From Squalus acanthias (lineage: Eukaryota): a DNA stretch of 64,000 bases. The position numbers were made by a program, and so were the translations under genes. The stretch is taken from positions 116,376,001 to 116,440,000 of the forward strand of contig CM059431.1 in NCBI GenBank assembly GCA_030390025.1, in the 5' to 3' direction. Within the stretch, counting starts at the first letter, position 1, and every line of letters begins with the position of its first letter. The notes beneath the pieces are model-generated. The model ran no database searches and had not been told where the DNA came from. It was given only the letters and a program-made list of their open reading frames with translations. This document shows, piece by piece, positions 34,820 through 47,639 of the stretch.

Positions 34820-35961
34820 ATGATGGCAGATCCACACTCCAGGGAGAGAGCTCGCAGATTTTTGGACCAAGCATTGGAGGAGTTGGTGTTCGCTGTGGAG
34901 AGACGGAGGACAGTGCTATCCCTGGCAAGTGGCAGGAAGCCCTCGCTGCAAGTCTTCCGTGCCATGTGGAGGGAGGTAGCCCAGCAGGTCTCGGGCAGCA
35001 CTGTGGTCCCCAAGACCCACACACAGTGCAGGAAGAAATTTAACGACCTCACTCGGGTGCTCAGGGTGAGTGAATGCTTCAACAAATGCTTCATACCACC
35101 GTCTGAACCATAGTCTGCACACACTGCCCAAAGCACCACACCCCCAGCACTCACCCACCAACAATCTCTACCTACCAACACTCACGTCCACATCTCACAC
35201 CTTGCACACAATGACAGCTATTCAACTATGGCAGGCACATTACCCAAACACATTGGTCCACACTCACTCACACACTTTCCTCTCTCTTGCAGGCCAAGGT
35301 GGCTCACAACAGGAGGGAGCAGGAGCACAGGCGGGGGACAAGCCGACACCCAACCACTGTCTGCGCTGGAAAATAGAGTGTTGCAGATTATTGGGCGCCA
35401 GGTGGTGGGCACCGTGGCCACCGGCGACGTTGACCCCCTTGGGAACAACAATGGTATGTTCATCCCTACTCCTTCTTCTCACATCCCACTTCCCCCTCAC
35501 CCCACAAGCCTTTCGCACTTTCCAGCCAATCATGCTGTATGCATGCATTTCTCCCTTCCAGACCCCCTCCCTTCACCTTCACCCAACTCTTGTGCCTTTA
35601 TGCTTTCAGATAAAGAGCAAGCATCTGACCACCCTGTCCCTGAGGGCTCCATTGAGAGTGAGGTGGGAGAAGAGGAGGAGGAAGAACACACCGCGTCACT
35701 GCATCTCTCACCCACAGGCACCAGCTCGGATACTGGCACTACGTGTTCTTTGAGGCTAGTATAGCAGCGGGAGCTGCACAGTGTGGTGCAGCGGGAACAA
35801 GCGGGCTGCAGCAAGGTCAGTGGGAAAGGGTAGCTCGGGGGCCAGCTCCCCGGAGGGCGAGTTCGCGCATGAGTTCTGCTGCACAGGACTCAAATGAGGA
35901 CCTCGATGGGGAGGCCTTTAGAAGAAGTGTGATGGGCATGCACACGGAGATAATAGGTGCA
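34820..35961 (+). pseudogene. Harbinger Myb/SANT-like gene (exons 34820-35065, 35293-35453, 35610 onward), truncated by CR1
   Basis: RARRF..W.EVA..QCRKKFNDL; splice positions match the copy at 33265. Confidence 0.8.
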
Positions 35962-37556
35962 TAATAACATAAGAACATAAGAAATAGGAGCAGGAGTAGG
36001 CCATTCGGCCCTTCGAGCCTGCTCCGCCATTCAATGAGCTCATGGCTGATCTTCTGCCTCAACTCCATTCACCGGCTGTATCGCCATATCCCTTGATGCC
36101 CTTACTAGTCAGAAATCTATCGACTTCTGTTTTGAATATACCCAATGACTGAGCCTCCACAGCCCTCTGGGGTAGAGAATTCCAAAGATTCACCACCCTC
36201 TGTGTGAAGAAATTTCTTCTCATCTCAGTCCTGAATGGCCTACCCTTTATCCTGAGACTGTGGCCCTGGTTCTAGACTCCCCAACCAATGGAAACATTCT
36301 CCCAGCATCCACCCTATCAAGCCCTGTAATAATTTTGTATGCTTCAATGAGATCCCCTCTCATTCTTCTGAATTCAAGAGAATGCAGGCCTAGTTTACTC
36401 AATCTCTTCTCATACAGCAGTCACGCCATCCCAGGAATCAATCTCGTGAACCTTCGTTGCACTCCCTCTATGGCAAGTATATCCTTCCTTAGGTAAGGAG
36501 ACCAAAATTGCACACAGTACTCCAGGTGTGGTCTCACCAAGGCCCTATATAATTGGAGTAAGACGTCTTTACTCCTGTCCTCAAATCCTCTTGTAATGAA
36601 GGCCAGCATAACATTTGCCTTCCTAATGGCTTGCTGCACCTCTACATTCACTTTCAGTGACTCATGTACAAGGACATCCAGGTCCCTTTGAGCATCTGCA
36701 TTCCCCAATCTTTCACCATTTTGGAAATACTCTGCCTTTCTGTTTTTTCTACCAAAGTGGATAACTTCACATTTATCCACATTATATTCCACCTGCCATG
36801 TTCTCGCCCACTCACTGAGCCTGTCGAGATCCCCTTGAAGCCTCTTCACATCCTCTTTGCAACTGACACTGCCACCTAGCTTTGTATCATCAGCAAATTT
36901 GGATATGTTACATCCAAATCATTGATATAGATTGTGAATAGCTGGGGCCCAACCATCGATTCTTGCAGTATCCCGCTAGTCACAGCCTGCCATCCTGAAA
37001 AAGACCCGTTTATCCCTACTCTTTGTTTTCTGTCTGTTAACCAATTCTCAATCCATGCTAGTTTATTACCCCCAAATTCCATGTGCCCTAATTTTGTTCA
37101 CCAACCTCTGTGGGACCTTATCAAAGGCCTTTTGAAAATCCAAATACACCACATCTACCGGTTCCCCTTTGTCTACTCCACTAGTTACATCCTCAAAGAA
37201 CTCCAATAGGTTTGTCAAACAGGATTTCCCTTTCATAAATCCATGTTGACTCTGCCCATTCTTACTATTAGTTTCTAAGTGCCCAGTTATTGCATCCTTT
37301 ATAATAGATTCCAGCATTTTCCCAACTACTGATGTGAGGTTAACAGGTCAGTAGTTCCCTGTTTTCTCTCTCCCTCCTTTCTTAAATAGCGGGATTACAT
37401 TTGCTATCCTCCAATCTGCAGGAACCGTTCCAGAATCTATAGAATTTTGGATGACAACCTATGTGTCCACAATCCCAATGGTCACCTCTTTCAAAACCCT
37501 AGGATGTAGGTCATCTGGTCCTTGGGATTTGTCGACTTTTAGTCCCATTAATTTTG
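35962..37556 (-). mobile_element. CR1 LINE 3' portion
   Basis: RT ORF fragments 36421-37317; ACATAAGA-type tail repeats near 35965. Confidence 0.9.
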
Positions 37557-37898
37557 CCTGACTCGCAGTCACACCCTCCTGTCCCTGAACACTGACGAAC
37601 TCTAAAGTACTACTTAACCTAAAGGGTGTGACTGGCTCCTGGAACAAAGTGTCCAGGTAACTCTCCCCATCCCTGATGCATCACAATATCTGTAGCTCAT
37701 ACTCCAGCTCAACAACACTGAGCTCTGCTGCAGCCATTGGGCCAACACTTCGTAGGAGCACTAGAGTAGGCAAAGGCACAATAACGAAAGGCACTAAGGG
37801 ATTGCACAGGGGTGAATAGTTAATATTGCTGTTGTAAATATGTGTTAACTGATTATTGATAAATTATTATTTCAGTTTGGATGATTTTGTGGTGTGCC

Positions 37899-39138
37899 TC
37901 ATTTCAGCTTGCGCTGTGAAATGGACTGTGACAGGGATGGAATGATGGGGATGTGGTGAGCAACGGAGATCTGGGGTTTAATTTCTTGAAACCGCATTCT
38001 GATGAGACGGTCACGGATCGCCCTTCCGGAAGGCCGATTGAGTGGCTGCCTCCTCCCTCGCTGTTGTTCCTCCTCCTCCTCCTCACCCTCTTCCTCCTCC
38101 TGAGGTGTTCCTGCAATTCCTGGTGGCAAGGGCTGGGCCCTCATGATGGCCAAATTGTGGAGCATGCAGCAGACGACGATGAAATGGGACACTCGCTCAG
38201 CTGAGTACTGGAGGGCTCCTCCCAAGTGGTCAAAGCAGCGGAACCATTGCTTGAGCACCCCGATGGTCTGCTTGATGATGTTCCTGGTAGCGGCATGGCT
38301 CTCATTATATGAGTGCTGGGCAGGAGTGTTGGGGTTGCTTCGGGGAGTAATGAGCCAGGTGGAGAGCGGATAGCCCTTGTCTCCGACCAGCCAGCTGCGA
38401 GTTTAATGTGGTGGCTAGAAGATTGCTGGCACACCGGTCTGTCGCAGGGTGAAGGCATTGTGGCTGCTGCCAGGATAGCGGGCATTGACGGTGAGGATTC
38501 ACTGTCTGTGGTTGCACACCAGCTGTATATTTAGTGAGTGGTAGCCTTTCCGGTTACAGAAGATGTCAGAATTGTTATGCGTTGCCCGCAAAGCCACATG
38601 GGTACAGTCAATGGCGCCCAGCACCATGGGGAATGCCGCTATCCTGGCAAAGCCACATGTATGCTCGTCCTACTTCTCTCTGGTGATGGGGAAGGAAATG
38701 TAGTCCCTTCTCCTACTGTAGAAAGCCTCTGTGACCTCCCGGATGCAGCGATGGATGGCAAACTGTGAGATGTTCGCTATGTCTCTTGTTGCAGACTGGA
38801 AGGATCTGCTGGTGAAGAAATTGAGGGCGACGGTGACCTTGACTCATCAATGAGAGAGCCGTGGTCATCCTGATCTGGGGCTCGAGGTCTGGTTGCAGGA
38901 GTTGGCAGAGTTCTCTGACCACCTCCTTGGTGAAGCGGAGCCTTCTAATACACTGCTCCTCGCTTAATTGAAGGTAGGAGAAGAGCTGTTGGAATACCCT
39001 TGGAGGGTAAGGCCTCCTGTTGAGAGCCCTGATGGCCCTCCTCCTCCCGCTGGGCACATGTTCCAATCTTTCTCGCTTCCTCCGCTCCCTCCGCCGTAGA
39101 TCCTGGAGGGCGAGGTCGACTGCCAGTACAGCCCCCAT
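37899..39138 (-). pseudogene. Degenerate Harbinger transposase
   Basis: RPYPPRVF..RRLRFTKE and [21 protein letters not shown]; frameshifted. Confidence 0.85.
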
Positions 39139-39612
39139 TAATGTAACGAGGTGCAGCACTTTGATATGTTGTGAGAATAAATGTAACTCATTTTTAGTAG
39201 CCACAACACTCTGGAGACTAAACAACCTTTAATGACTGAATTAAACTGTTGCACAATGTCAAACTGGCAAGGAAGCAGTGAAACAGCACTAACCTGAGAG
39301 CTGCGCCTCATTACTCATGATCCCTTTAAGTAGCGCCCCTGGAGCCGGCTACCAACTGCTTCACGCCTCCTCTCCCTGTCGCTGTCGGGGCGAGGCACTA
39401 AGGCAGTGGGCGACAATGAATTTTGCAGATTGGGTGCGCAGTGAGCATTGCATGTTCACTGACGTCATGATCTGCCTGGCGCTGAAGTCCTCTGCACTAA
39501 CTCGTAGCGGCGGCGCTATGGGGGTGCTGGATTTTGCGTGCGTTGCTAGATTCGCCCTGCCGTGGCGCTACTGACTCAGCGCCCCGTTAGCGCCCCCGCC
39601 AGGCGCTAACTA

Positions 39613-39985
39613 GGCTGACACTCCAGTGCAGTGCTGAGGGAGTGCTGTACTGTCGGAGGTGCCGTCTTTCAGATGAGACATTAAACCAAGGCCCCGTCTA
39701 CTCTCTCAGGTGGACGTAAAAGATCCCATGGCACTATTTCGAAGAAGAGCAGGGGAGTTATCCCCGGCGTCCTGGCCAATATTTATCCCTCAACAACATA
39801 ACAAAAACAGATTATCTGATCATTATCACATTGCTGTTTGTGGGAGCTTGCTGTGCGCAAATTGGCTGCCGCGTTTCCCACATTACAACAGTGACTACAC
39901 TTCAAAAGTATTTAATTAGCTGTAAAGCACTTTGAGATGTCCGGTGGTCGTGAAAGGCGCTAAATAAATGCAAGTCTTTCTTTTA
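39613..39985 (+). mobile_element. Deu-domain SINE (SacSINE1/AmnSINE1-like), 5'-truncated
   Basis: TGCCGTCTTTCAGATGAGAC..GGACGTAAAAGATCCCATGGCAC..TTGCTGTGCGCAAATTGGCTG core; second copy at 62460. Confidence 0.75.
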
Positions 39986-40319
39986 ACTGGAGGCGCTAAG
40001 GTGTCAAAATTCTCCCCCAAGGACTATTCCTGCAAATGAAAGAATAGTGTTTAAAAAGATAGATACAACATTTTGGTGGCAATGCTGGTGGTAGAATATT
40101 CACGACATGTTTATGAATAATTTAGGATGAAATACAGATCAGTTCAGGAGCTGTGAGTATAATTAATTAATTTCTCTAAGATGTTCATGCTTTGCTTAGC
40201 TGTAGGCCTTTGTGTGGAATGAGTCAGTAACTATATATCCAGTGTATTCCACGTATCTGTATAATTCTGAATAAAAATACAGTTCTACTGGGAATATAGC
40301 TCCAGGATTGGCTCATCTA

Positions 40320-40800
40320 CTCCCGATGGCCTATAAAACAACCCTAGCTCAGTTCCTTCAAGGCAGGAGAAATGGATGAAGTGATTCAAATGTGGCAGGT
40401 TTAAACATCACCAATACTGCACATAAGAGAATTCTGCTTTCTTGTTTACAAGACGTGTTTAACATACTTTTGGATACTGGAAATGATGAAGAACTTGATA
40501 AAGCTACAAAAGTTTTTACTGATCATTTCACTTCTAAGCAAAATATAACAGATGTATCAATCATATTTTGGTACGCTGAACAATACAAGACTGAATCTGT
40601 AGGTGCTTTTTTGCACGTGCTTATGTCTACAATGCAGCAAAATGTAATTTCACTGACGCCGACCGTGAAATCAGAATACAGATTAAAGAAGGATTTTCAT
40701 CTAAAATTCTGTGTCCTTGAGTCTTGGAGAAAGAATGCACCTCACATGAATTGTTAGAACTGACAAGGACACTTCAATGTCATGTGGAAATGCTATTAAC
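40320..40800 (+). pseudogene. Decayed Gypsy-type gag remnant
   Basis: QDVF..L..LDKA..FTDHFTSKQN..ESV..F, then AAKCNF..EIRIQI in a shifted frame. Confidence 0.45.
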
Positions 40801-41016
40801 CAGGTAAAAATCATCACTCCAAAGTGAAACCACAGTCAACTCCAACCATGTGTCTTATTACTGTAGTGGAAAACTAATTTCTCTATTCAAACCACTCATC
40901 TACACTGTGATATTCCTGTCAGCATATAACTTGCAAGGCGCAAAGATTATTCCTGCAAGTAAATATAAAGACAAACATGACCCTGAGCCTGAGGATGTTT
41001 TCTTTTTCTAACTCTA

Positions 41017-41788
41017 GGGGGTAAATTATGGCCTAGAAATTCGCCTCCTTTGCGCCTCCCGTTAGCGCCTCTGGGGGGCGATAACGGGGCGCTGCTGGCT
41101 TTGCGACCGGGCACGGCGAGAGTACCGACGCCCGCAAAATTCCCATTGAGGCTTGCGGCGGCGGTAACCCCTAGCGCCACGATCTCCTGCACTTGGAGAT
41201 CGTGACGTCATCGTGCTGCGCCTCACCCTGGCAGAGCCCTGGACCCAGACTTCGGTTCCTCCCCCTGTAGCATCGCCGGGCGACAACACTGACAGCTGCC
41301 GGAGGCGTTCATCGGGTGGCCAGGCACTTGGGGAGGGCTATTTAAAGGGGATGATGGTTGCGTCAATGAAAAAACTTTCTGAAGGCGTTACTTCAATTTT
41401 TCAGCATTTTCCTCGGCCGCGATCGATCAGCCCTGCGCTCTGCTAGAGTGCTTGGGACTGATCGTCGCGGATCGCAGCTGCCGTCGGCGACGAGGGACCC
41501 CCTTCCCATGTACAGCCTGCAGCAATGGCCCTTCCCTTTAACGGAGGGAAGGAGCCTCTGTTCCCGGCAGCATTGCCCTCGACATTGGGCAGCACTGCAC
41601 CGCTACTGCCCCTCTTGCCAGCTTTAGTGCTCCAAGGGAAGTGGTAGGGCTTGATTTAGTGCTCCACTTGCTTCTTGGCGCGCTAAACCGGAAGTTTGCG
41701 TCGGAGTCCCTCGCGTAGCACCCAGCGATACTTTTGCCCTACCGCAAAAGTTATCGCCCCAAACGGGGCGCTACGCAATTTCTCCCCC
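41017..41788. mobile_element. Harbinger-derived MITE
   Basis: TIRs GGGGGTAAATT / AATTTCTCCCCC; TTAGCGCC and TATTTAAAGGG motifs. Confidence 0.75.
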
Positions 41789-42239
41789 TTTGATTTATGC
41801 GATAGTGTAAAACAGGTCGGCAGCCTGTTTTACATCTCTCCTCATTTTTATTTCCATTGACTTCAAAATCTACCCCATGTGTGTAGTGGAGGCAGAGGTT
41901 GAGGAGAACACTCAGTCCCTGTGGCTGATGTGATATTTGAATTGATGCATTTTCGCAGAATCTTTGAATGGCTTTAGCCTTTCATGACACGTAGAGGTTC
42001 CCAGAATAAACATGAAATCTTCCCTGCTTTGTGGTTCTGTGTTATGCTTCAGATGTTGCTGGCAGATTACCTCCTCTCCTTAGCTTCCCAAGTCTGAGGA
42101 TTTGCCTTCCTTCCCACCCTTGAAGATTGAACTGTCGATGAATCATCTATGTAATTATGACTAAAGGACTTATGCCTTTCTATTGTGCAACATCCAATGA
42201 GGATTTTTATTTTTATAAAGGTCACTGCAGAGTTCATTT

Positions 42240-42760
42240 GGGGGAGAAACTGGGTACCTTTGCACCTCCCATTATCGCCTCTGGGGGGCGATAACGGGGC
42301 TCTAATCACTTACCGCCCAGGCACGGCAAGAATATCGCCTCCCGCTAAATTCGGCGGGAGGTTTGCGGCGGCGACACGGCGCTGCGCCCCGATCTCCTTC
42401 ACCCGGAGATCGTGACATCATCGTCGTGCGCATCGCCCTGGTAGCGCCCCGAACCTAAACTTCGGTTACGGCCCCTGCAGCATCGCTGGGCGAAAACACC
42501 GGCAGCTGCAGAAGGCGTTGATCGGGAGGCCAGGCATTTTGGGGGCGAAAGTTAAAAGGGAGGTTGCCGAGGTAAGTACCTAAATTTCTGAAATGGTTTT
42601 GGTCAATTTTCTTTGCTCCTCCTGGGCCACGATCGATCAGCCCAGCACTCTGCTGGAGTGCATGGGGCTGATCGAGCCGGATTGGGCCGCCGTCGGGGAC
42701 CAGCTAACTGGTCCAAATGCAGAGACTGTAGCAATGGCCCTTCCCTTTAAGGGAGGGAAT
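42240..42760. mobile_element. Partial copy of the same MITE family
   Basis: Collinear similarity with 41017-41550. Confidence 0.7.
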
Positions 42761-43164
42761 TCTGAGTGAATGAGACTCCACACTTGTAAAATTAATTATT
42801 CAGGGCCGGAGAGGTTGTTCAGCAGTAATTATCACTTATTACGCTGTTGAAAACTTACTTACACCTGAATGCACTAGACCTAAATTTAGTATGGAACTAG
42901 TAGGCAAGTACTCAAAATTCATGCCATTGCAGTGATTTCAATGCCTAGTCTATCAGTGAGGACTGCAACAGCACATCCCGTGAAGGAGCAGGGTATCTCT
43001 GACAGGAATTTCTGGATTTCCATGTTTAACTGCGCTTGCACGGACACCTGAAGTTGCTGTCAGATTTACCCTGGAATAATGGTGAGTGCCAACAGCCTCG
43101 CCATTATTATCAGAGCAAAATCCAAGCCATTGTTTAAAATCATACCTACCGCTTGTTTAATAAT

Positions 43165-43901
43165 AGTCCGTTTGGGGCGCTAACTTTTGAAATCTGAGAA
43201 AAGTATCGCCAGGCGATAATTCTTTTTTGATCCCGGGAACTTCAGCTTTAGCACTCCAAGAGGGAAGTGGAGCGCTAAATCAAGCGTTAACTACTTCTCT
43301 TAGGGCGCTAAAGTGTGTGAGCGGCAGAGCGCTGAAGAATGTGCAGTGCAGTGCTACCGGCATCAGAGGCTCCTTCCCTTACTTAAAGGGAAGGGCCAAT
43401 GATGGTTTGTAACATTCTTCTTAGTTCTGTGGGGCCAAAGGACCTGCGCAACTCCCATTACAGCCCCAATCACTCTCAGAGAGTGGAGGGGTAAGGCACC
43501 GCGCAGCAATGAAGCTTCAAAAACTTTCAGCAGGCCCCAGACTGGTGCAAAGAATAAAGTTTGGCCTACCTGACTACCACTGCCTTTAATTATCGCTCCC
43601 CAAGCGGCCGGCCGAGGTGACAACACCTCCCGTTGCAGCCGTTGTTGACACCCGGCGATGCAGCAGGGGGCAGGAGCGAATTTCACATCTGGGGCGGTAA
43701 CGGGCCGCTGCGCACTTGATGACGTCACGATCTATGGGGCGCTAGAGACCGAGGCGGTAAGTGTTAGCGCCAGCGCAAAACCGCCAGGGAAGTTCGTGGA
43801 CGTCGCTGAATTTGCCGCGCCCGGCCAGTAACCCCTCAGAGCCCCGTTACCACCTCCCGCAGGCACTAACGGGAGGCGCAAAACAGCCAAATTTCTAACC
43901 C
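43165..43901. mobile_element. Inverted copy of a related MITE
   Basis: Reverse-complement similarity to 41017-41788. Confidence 0.65.
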
Positions 43902-44834
43902 GTTCTCTGTTGTTTGGTGGTTCATTGCCTTTCTTCTGAGCGATTCAAAAATGAGGCATATTTACCTGTCCCCTCCTTTTAAGGTCATTAAGACATTCTA
44001 TACATTCCTTTCCATTTCTTTTTGCATTGAACTGAGTATTGTATTTTTTGGCCTATTTTAACCCAGCCATTTTGACATATGGAAATTGTTGCCATTTTGT
44101 TGGGTGAGGCAAAACTGTGCTTTTTGTCTTCCAAATTGTTGAGCATACAATGGTATGCTGTCATTCCCTGAAATATGGCATGCGTCTTTCAGTGCTATTT
44201 TCTGCACTTTAACACACTTTAGCACTGGTGCATTATATGCCACAAATGTTAACAATAGTCAGTTGGCCCATTTCTGGTTGTTAAGGTGCTTATAAGCACA
44301 CAATTTTATCTTGTTTGCAATCTGGGGGCAATTTAGCATGCAGGAATGCACAAACTATTTATGGTTAAAATGCCTCAATGGATGCACGTAGATTGAATCC
44401 TGACCTGTTATTTTTAATAGTCTACATACATGGCTGAGCATCAAGCTGCATCTTGAAACTGAATTTTATGAGTTTGAGTCCAAGCCATTTGTTGAATATG
44501 AAGTGCTATTTTCTAGTAGGATCTTAAATTGAAGTGTTTAAAACAGTTTCAGAAAAACTTATATTTTTATTGTGCCTTTAGTGTAGGAATTATCCCAAGG
44601 TGCTTTACATGTGGGGGGAAAAACAACATACAGTGATAAAAGAAGTAGATGATGAGCCACAAAAGTAAAATGTGCTGAGGTAACCGAAAGCTTGGCTAAT
44701 AAGTTTCAAGATTTCAAAAGGGCATTTGAAGTTTCACATGAAAGGCAACTCAAAGCTGTGGGGATTCAGGGTAAACCTTCGGAATGAATAAAAAAAAAAC
44801 TGTCTAAAACAGTGAGTACTCGTTAAAAGAGTTA

Positions 44835-45765
44835 GATCATGGTGGGAGGAGAAGTACTGAGTGGGTGTCCCAGGGCTCAGTGCTGGGACCAACACGATTT
44901 TCTAATTTACATAAATAGCCTGGATTCAGAAACTCACTGCAAAAGTGGTCCCATTTGTAGATAATACTGAAGTGGGAGGAGGCAGTTAATTCTGAAGAGG
45001 CAGCTAGGGAAGTAAAAAAATAAGTTGGACACAATATATAAGTGCGGAACAATGGCATGTGAAATGCAGTGCAGATTAATGTAAAGTACGGCAGATAGGA
45101 AGGAAAAAACAGTGATACAGGTTCGAAATAATAGAATTCAAATTTAGGGCTGATATCAGTCATTTCTTCTACACATAAATAGTAATCACTACATAAGATG
45201 GACTTCTGGGGAAAGCAGAGGAGGTGAAAGCCATGCAACTATTCGAGAAACAATCTGATGCCACCATGGATCTTTCTCGCGGGATGAACTGATAAGGGCT
45301 GAATTAATTTTCCATCTGTACTTACATTGTGATCTTGTGAAACTGAAAGAGATCGAGGAGCCTTAGTAGATTCGACATTAAACATGCCCAATCAATAAAG
45401 AGCAGATTGAACGACATAGAAAAAACAGCAGAATACAAATCAGAGGAAGTTCTGATCAAATTGTACAGTTCTCTAATCGGACCGCACCTTGAGAACAGTG
45501 CCCATATCTGGCCAATTGCCAGATATTCAAGTGTTGAAGGCCATATGACTGATCCGTGGTGTCAAAGGTCTGAGCTATATGAGAAGACTGGAGAAACCTG
45601 AGCTTTTTAGACACAAAAGTAAGTATATGAGAGTGGATCTTATAGAGGTATACAAGGTAGTTAAGGGAATTGAAAGGCAAATCTAGAATATTACTTCAAA
45701 CTAAATCACAAGAGTAGGACAAGAGAACACAGGTTCAAACTAGTAAGCTGATAATTTAGGACCTG
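44835..45765 (+). mobile_element. Very old CR1 RT 3' fragments with unrelated sequence in between
   Basis: GTGTCCCAGGGCTCAGTGCTGGGACC (VSQGSVLG); EYKSEEVLIKLYSSLIGPHLE. Confidence 0.55.
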
Positions 45766-45949
45766 AAAAATGAGTGCTATGTAGAGGAAAAATGGGTACT
45801 AATCCTTTGTTCCCATTCTGCACCTAAATAGCATTGCAAAGAAAGAAAGCACCTGCATTCATATAGTGCCTTCAATGTCCTCAGGTTATCCCAAAGCTAA
45901 TGAATTATGTTCTTTTGAGGTGTAGTCACTATTTTGTACCAAATGCAGC

Positions 45950-47543
45950 AATGTGCGCCGCTGCTGGTGCCATCTGCTCCTCAGGTTCCTCCTCCTCCTC
46001 CTCCTCGTCTTCCACCTGCTCCTCATCCTCCTCCTCCTCCTCTGAAGAGGCTGTGTGCTGTGTGCCATGCTCCTCCTGCAGTTCCAATCCTCACTGCTGT
46101 GCTATGTTGTGCAATGCGCAGCAGATGACGGTGATTCTGGAAACTCTGGCTGGTGCGTACTGAAGGGCTCCTCCAGATCGGTCAAGGCATCTGAAGTGCA
46201 TCTTCAGCATGCCTATTGCTTGCTCTATGACACATCTGGTGGAGACGTGGCTCTCATTGTAGCGCTCCTCGGCCTCGGTACTTGGCCTCCTCAAAGGTGT
46301 CATGAGCCACGTCTTCAGTGGATAGCCCTTGTCTCCATGCTGAGGGAGAGTGGACTGGCGCAGCACAAAAGAGTCGTGACAGCTGCCAGGGAATCAGGCG
46401 CACACATGCATAATAATCTTTTTATGGTTGCAGATGAGCGCACATTGAGGGAGTGGACACCCTTACGGTTCACTCCTGGGTGATAATGGGGTGCCTTGAT
46501 GGCCACATGTGTGCAGTCAATGACCTGTTGGAAGTCAGCCAGAGCCGTAATGCCGAGTGCTTGCTCAATAACATTGGCCTCATCAGTGGCAAAGTTGATA
46601 TAATTGGCTGACTTGTAAAACATGGCATTGGTCACCTGGGTGATGCATCTGTGGGTGGCCGCCTGCGAGATCTTGCAAATGTCTGCTACAGATCCCTGGA
46701 AGGAGCCTGAGGTGAAGAAGTTGGCTAATAAGTTTTGACAGCCACTGGTAAGGAGTGTCTACCAGGACCTCTACAGCAGGTCTGCTACAAATGTCTGTGG
46801 TGACCTGGCATGATAGCCTGATCTTCCTGAAGCACTGCTGCGCAGCCATGTCCAGGAAGCTCATCCTCTGCCTGTAGACCATGTGGAGCATCAGGACATT
46901 GAGGAGAAGGCTGCTGTTGTGGTTGCAGCTGCTGCTGCTGGTGTGGCTGTTGTTGTTGGTGGTGGGGCACAGCTTGGTCTGATTCTGAGGACCAAGGTGA
47001 GACGGTATAAGCAGCACCCAAGCTGATATAGTAGATGCCAGGTAAATTGGAGATCAGAGGGCCAACCCCTCAATGTTGTGATAGTGAGTAGCAATCTGAT
47101 GCGAGTGGCTTCCGAAGTTTCAAAAATGACCTGCAAACTGCAGACACCAAAATCTGTGGACAAAATGGAATCAGCAAGAGCCTTTTTATGAGGCAAGTAG
47201 TGAGGTGTAATGTTGCAGTATTTATGTGCTTTTCCCAGCTGTCAATGAATGAACTCGCCAATGGCCACTGAGCTTCTGCCTCCCCTTCACAGGCGAGGTA
47301 CCTGAGCTCCGTGAATCCCATGCTCCTGAAGTTAAACACAAAAGCTGGCATTAAAATCACTCTTAAGTGTCTCTCAACAAGCACTTCATGATTTCAATAA
47401 GGTCGCCTGCTCTGCCGATCGCGCCTTCAAAGCTGCCCGAGTTAAATGCTCGAGGCAGCGGGATGATGGCGGGTTCCTGGCACGCTCGCTATTTCTGGGA
47501 CCCGCCCCAAACCCGCACGCTCGTCAACGGGAAAGTTCCGGCC
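45950..47543 (-). mobile_element. Degenerate Harbinger with transposase remnants
   Basis: [42 protein letters not shown]. Confidence 0.8.
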
Positions 47544-47639
47544 ATAATCTCAGTTCTGATGAAAAGTCGTTGACCTGAAATGTTAACTCTGTTTCTCTCT
47601 CCACAGATTTTTTTTTTAAATTAGTTTTTATGGAATGTG

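Larger units (their letters stand above)
33989..40018 (-). mobile_element. Second, older autonomous-type Harbinger in opposite orientation, with nested Tx1-like, CR1 and SINE insertions
   Basis: TIRs GGGGGAGAAATT / AAATTCTCCCCC; TSD TAG/AAG with one mismatch; Myb and transposase remnants. Confidence 0.8.
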
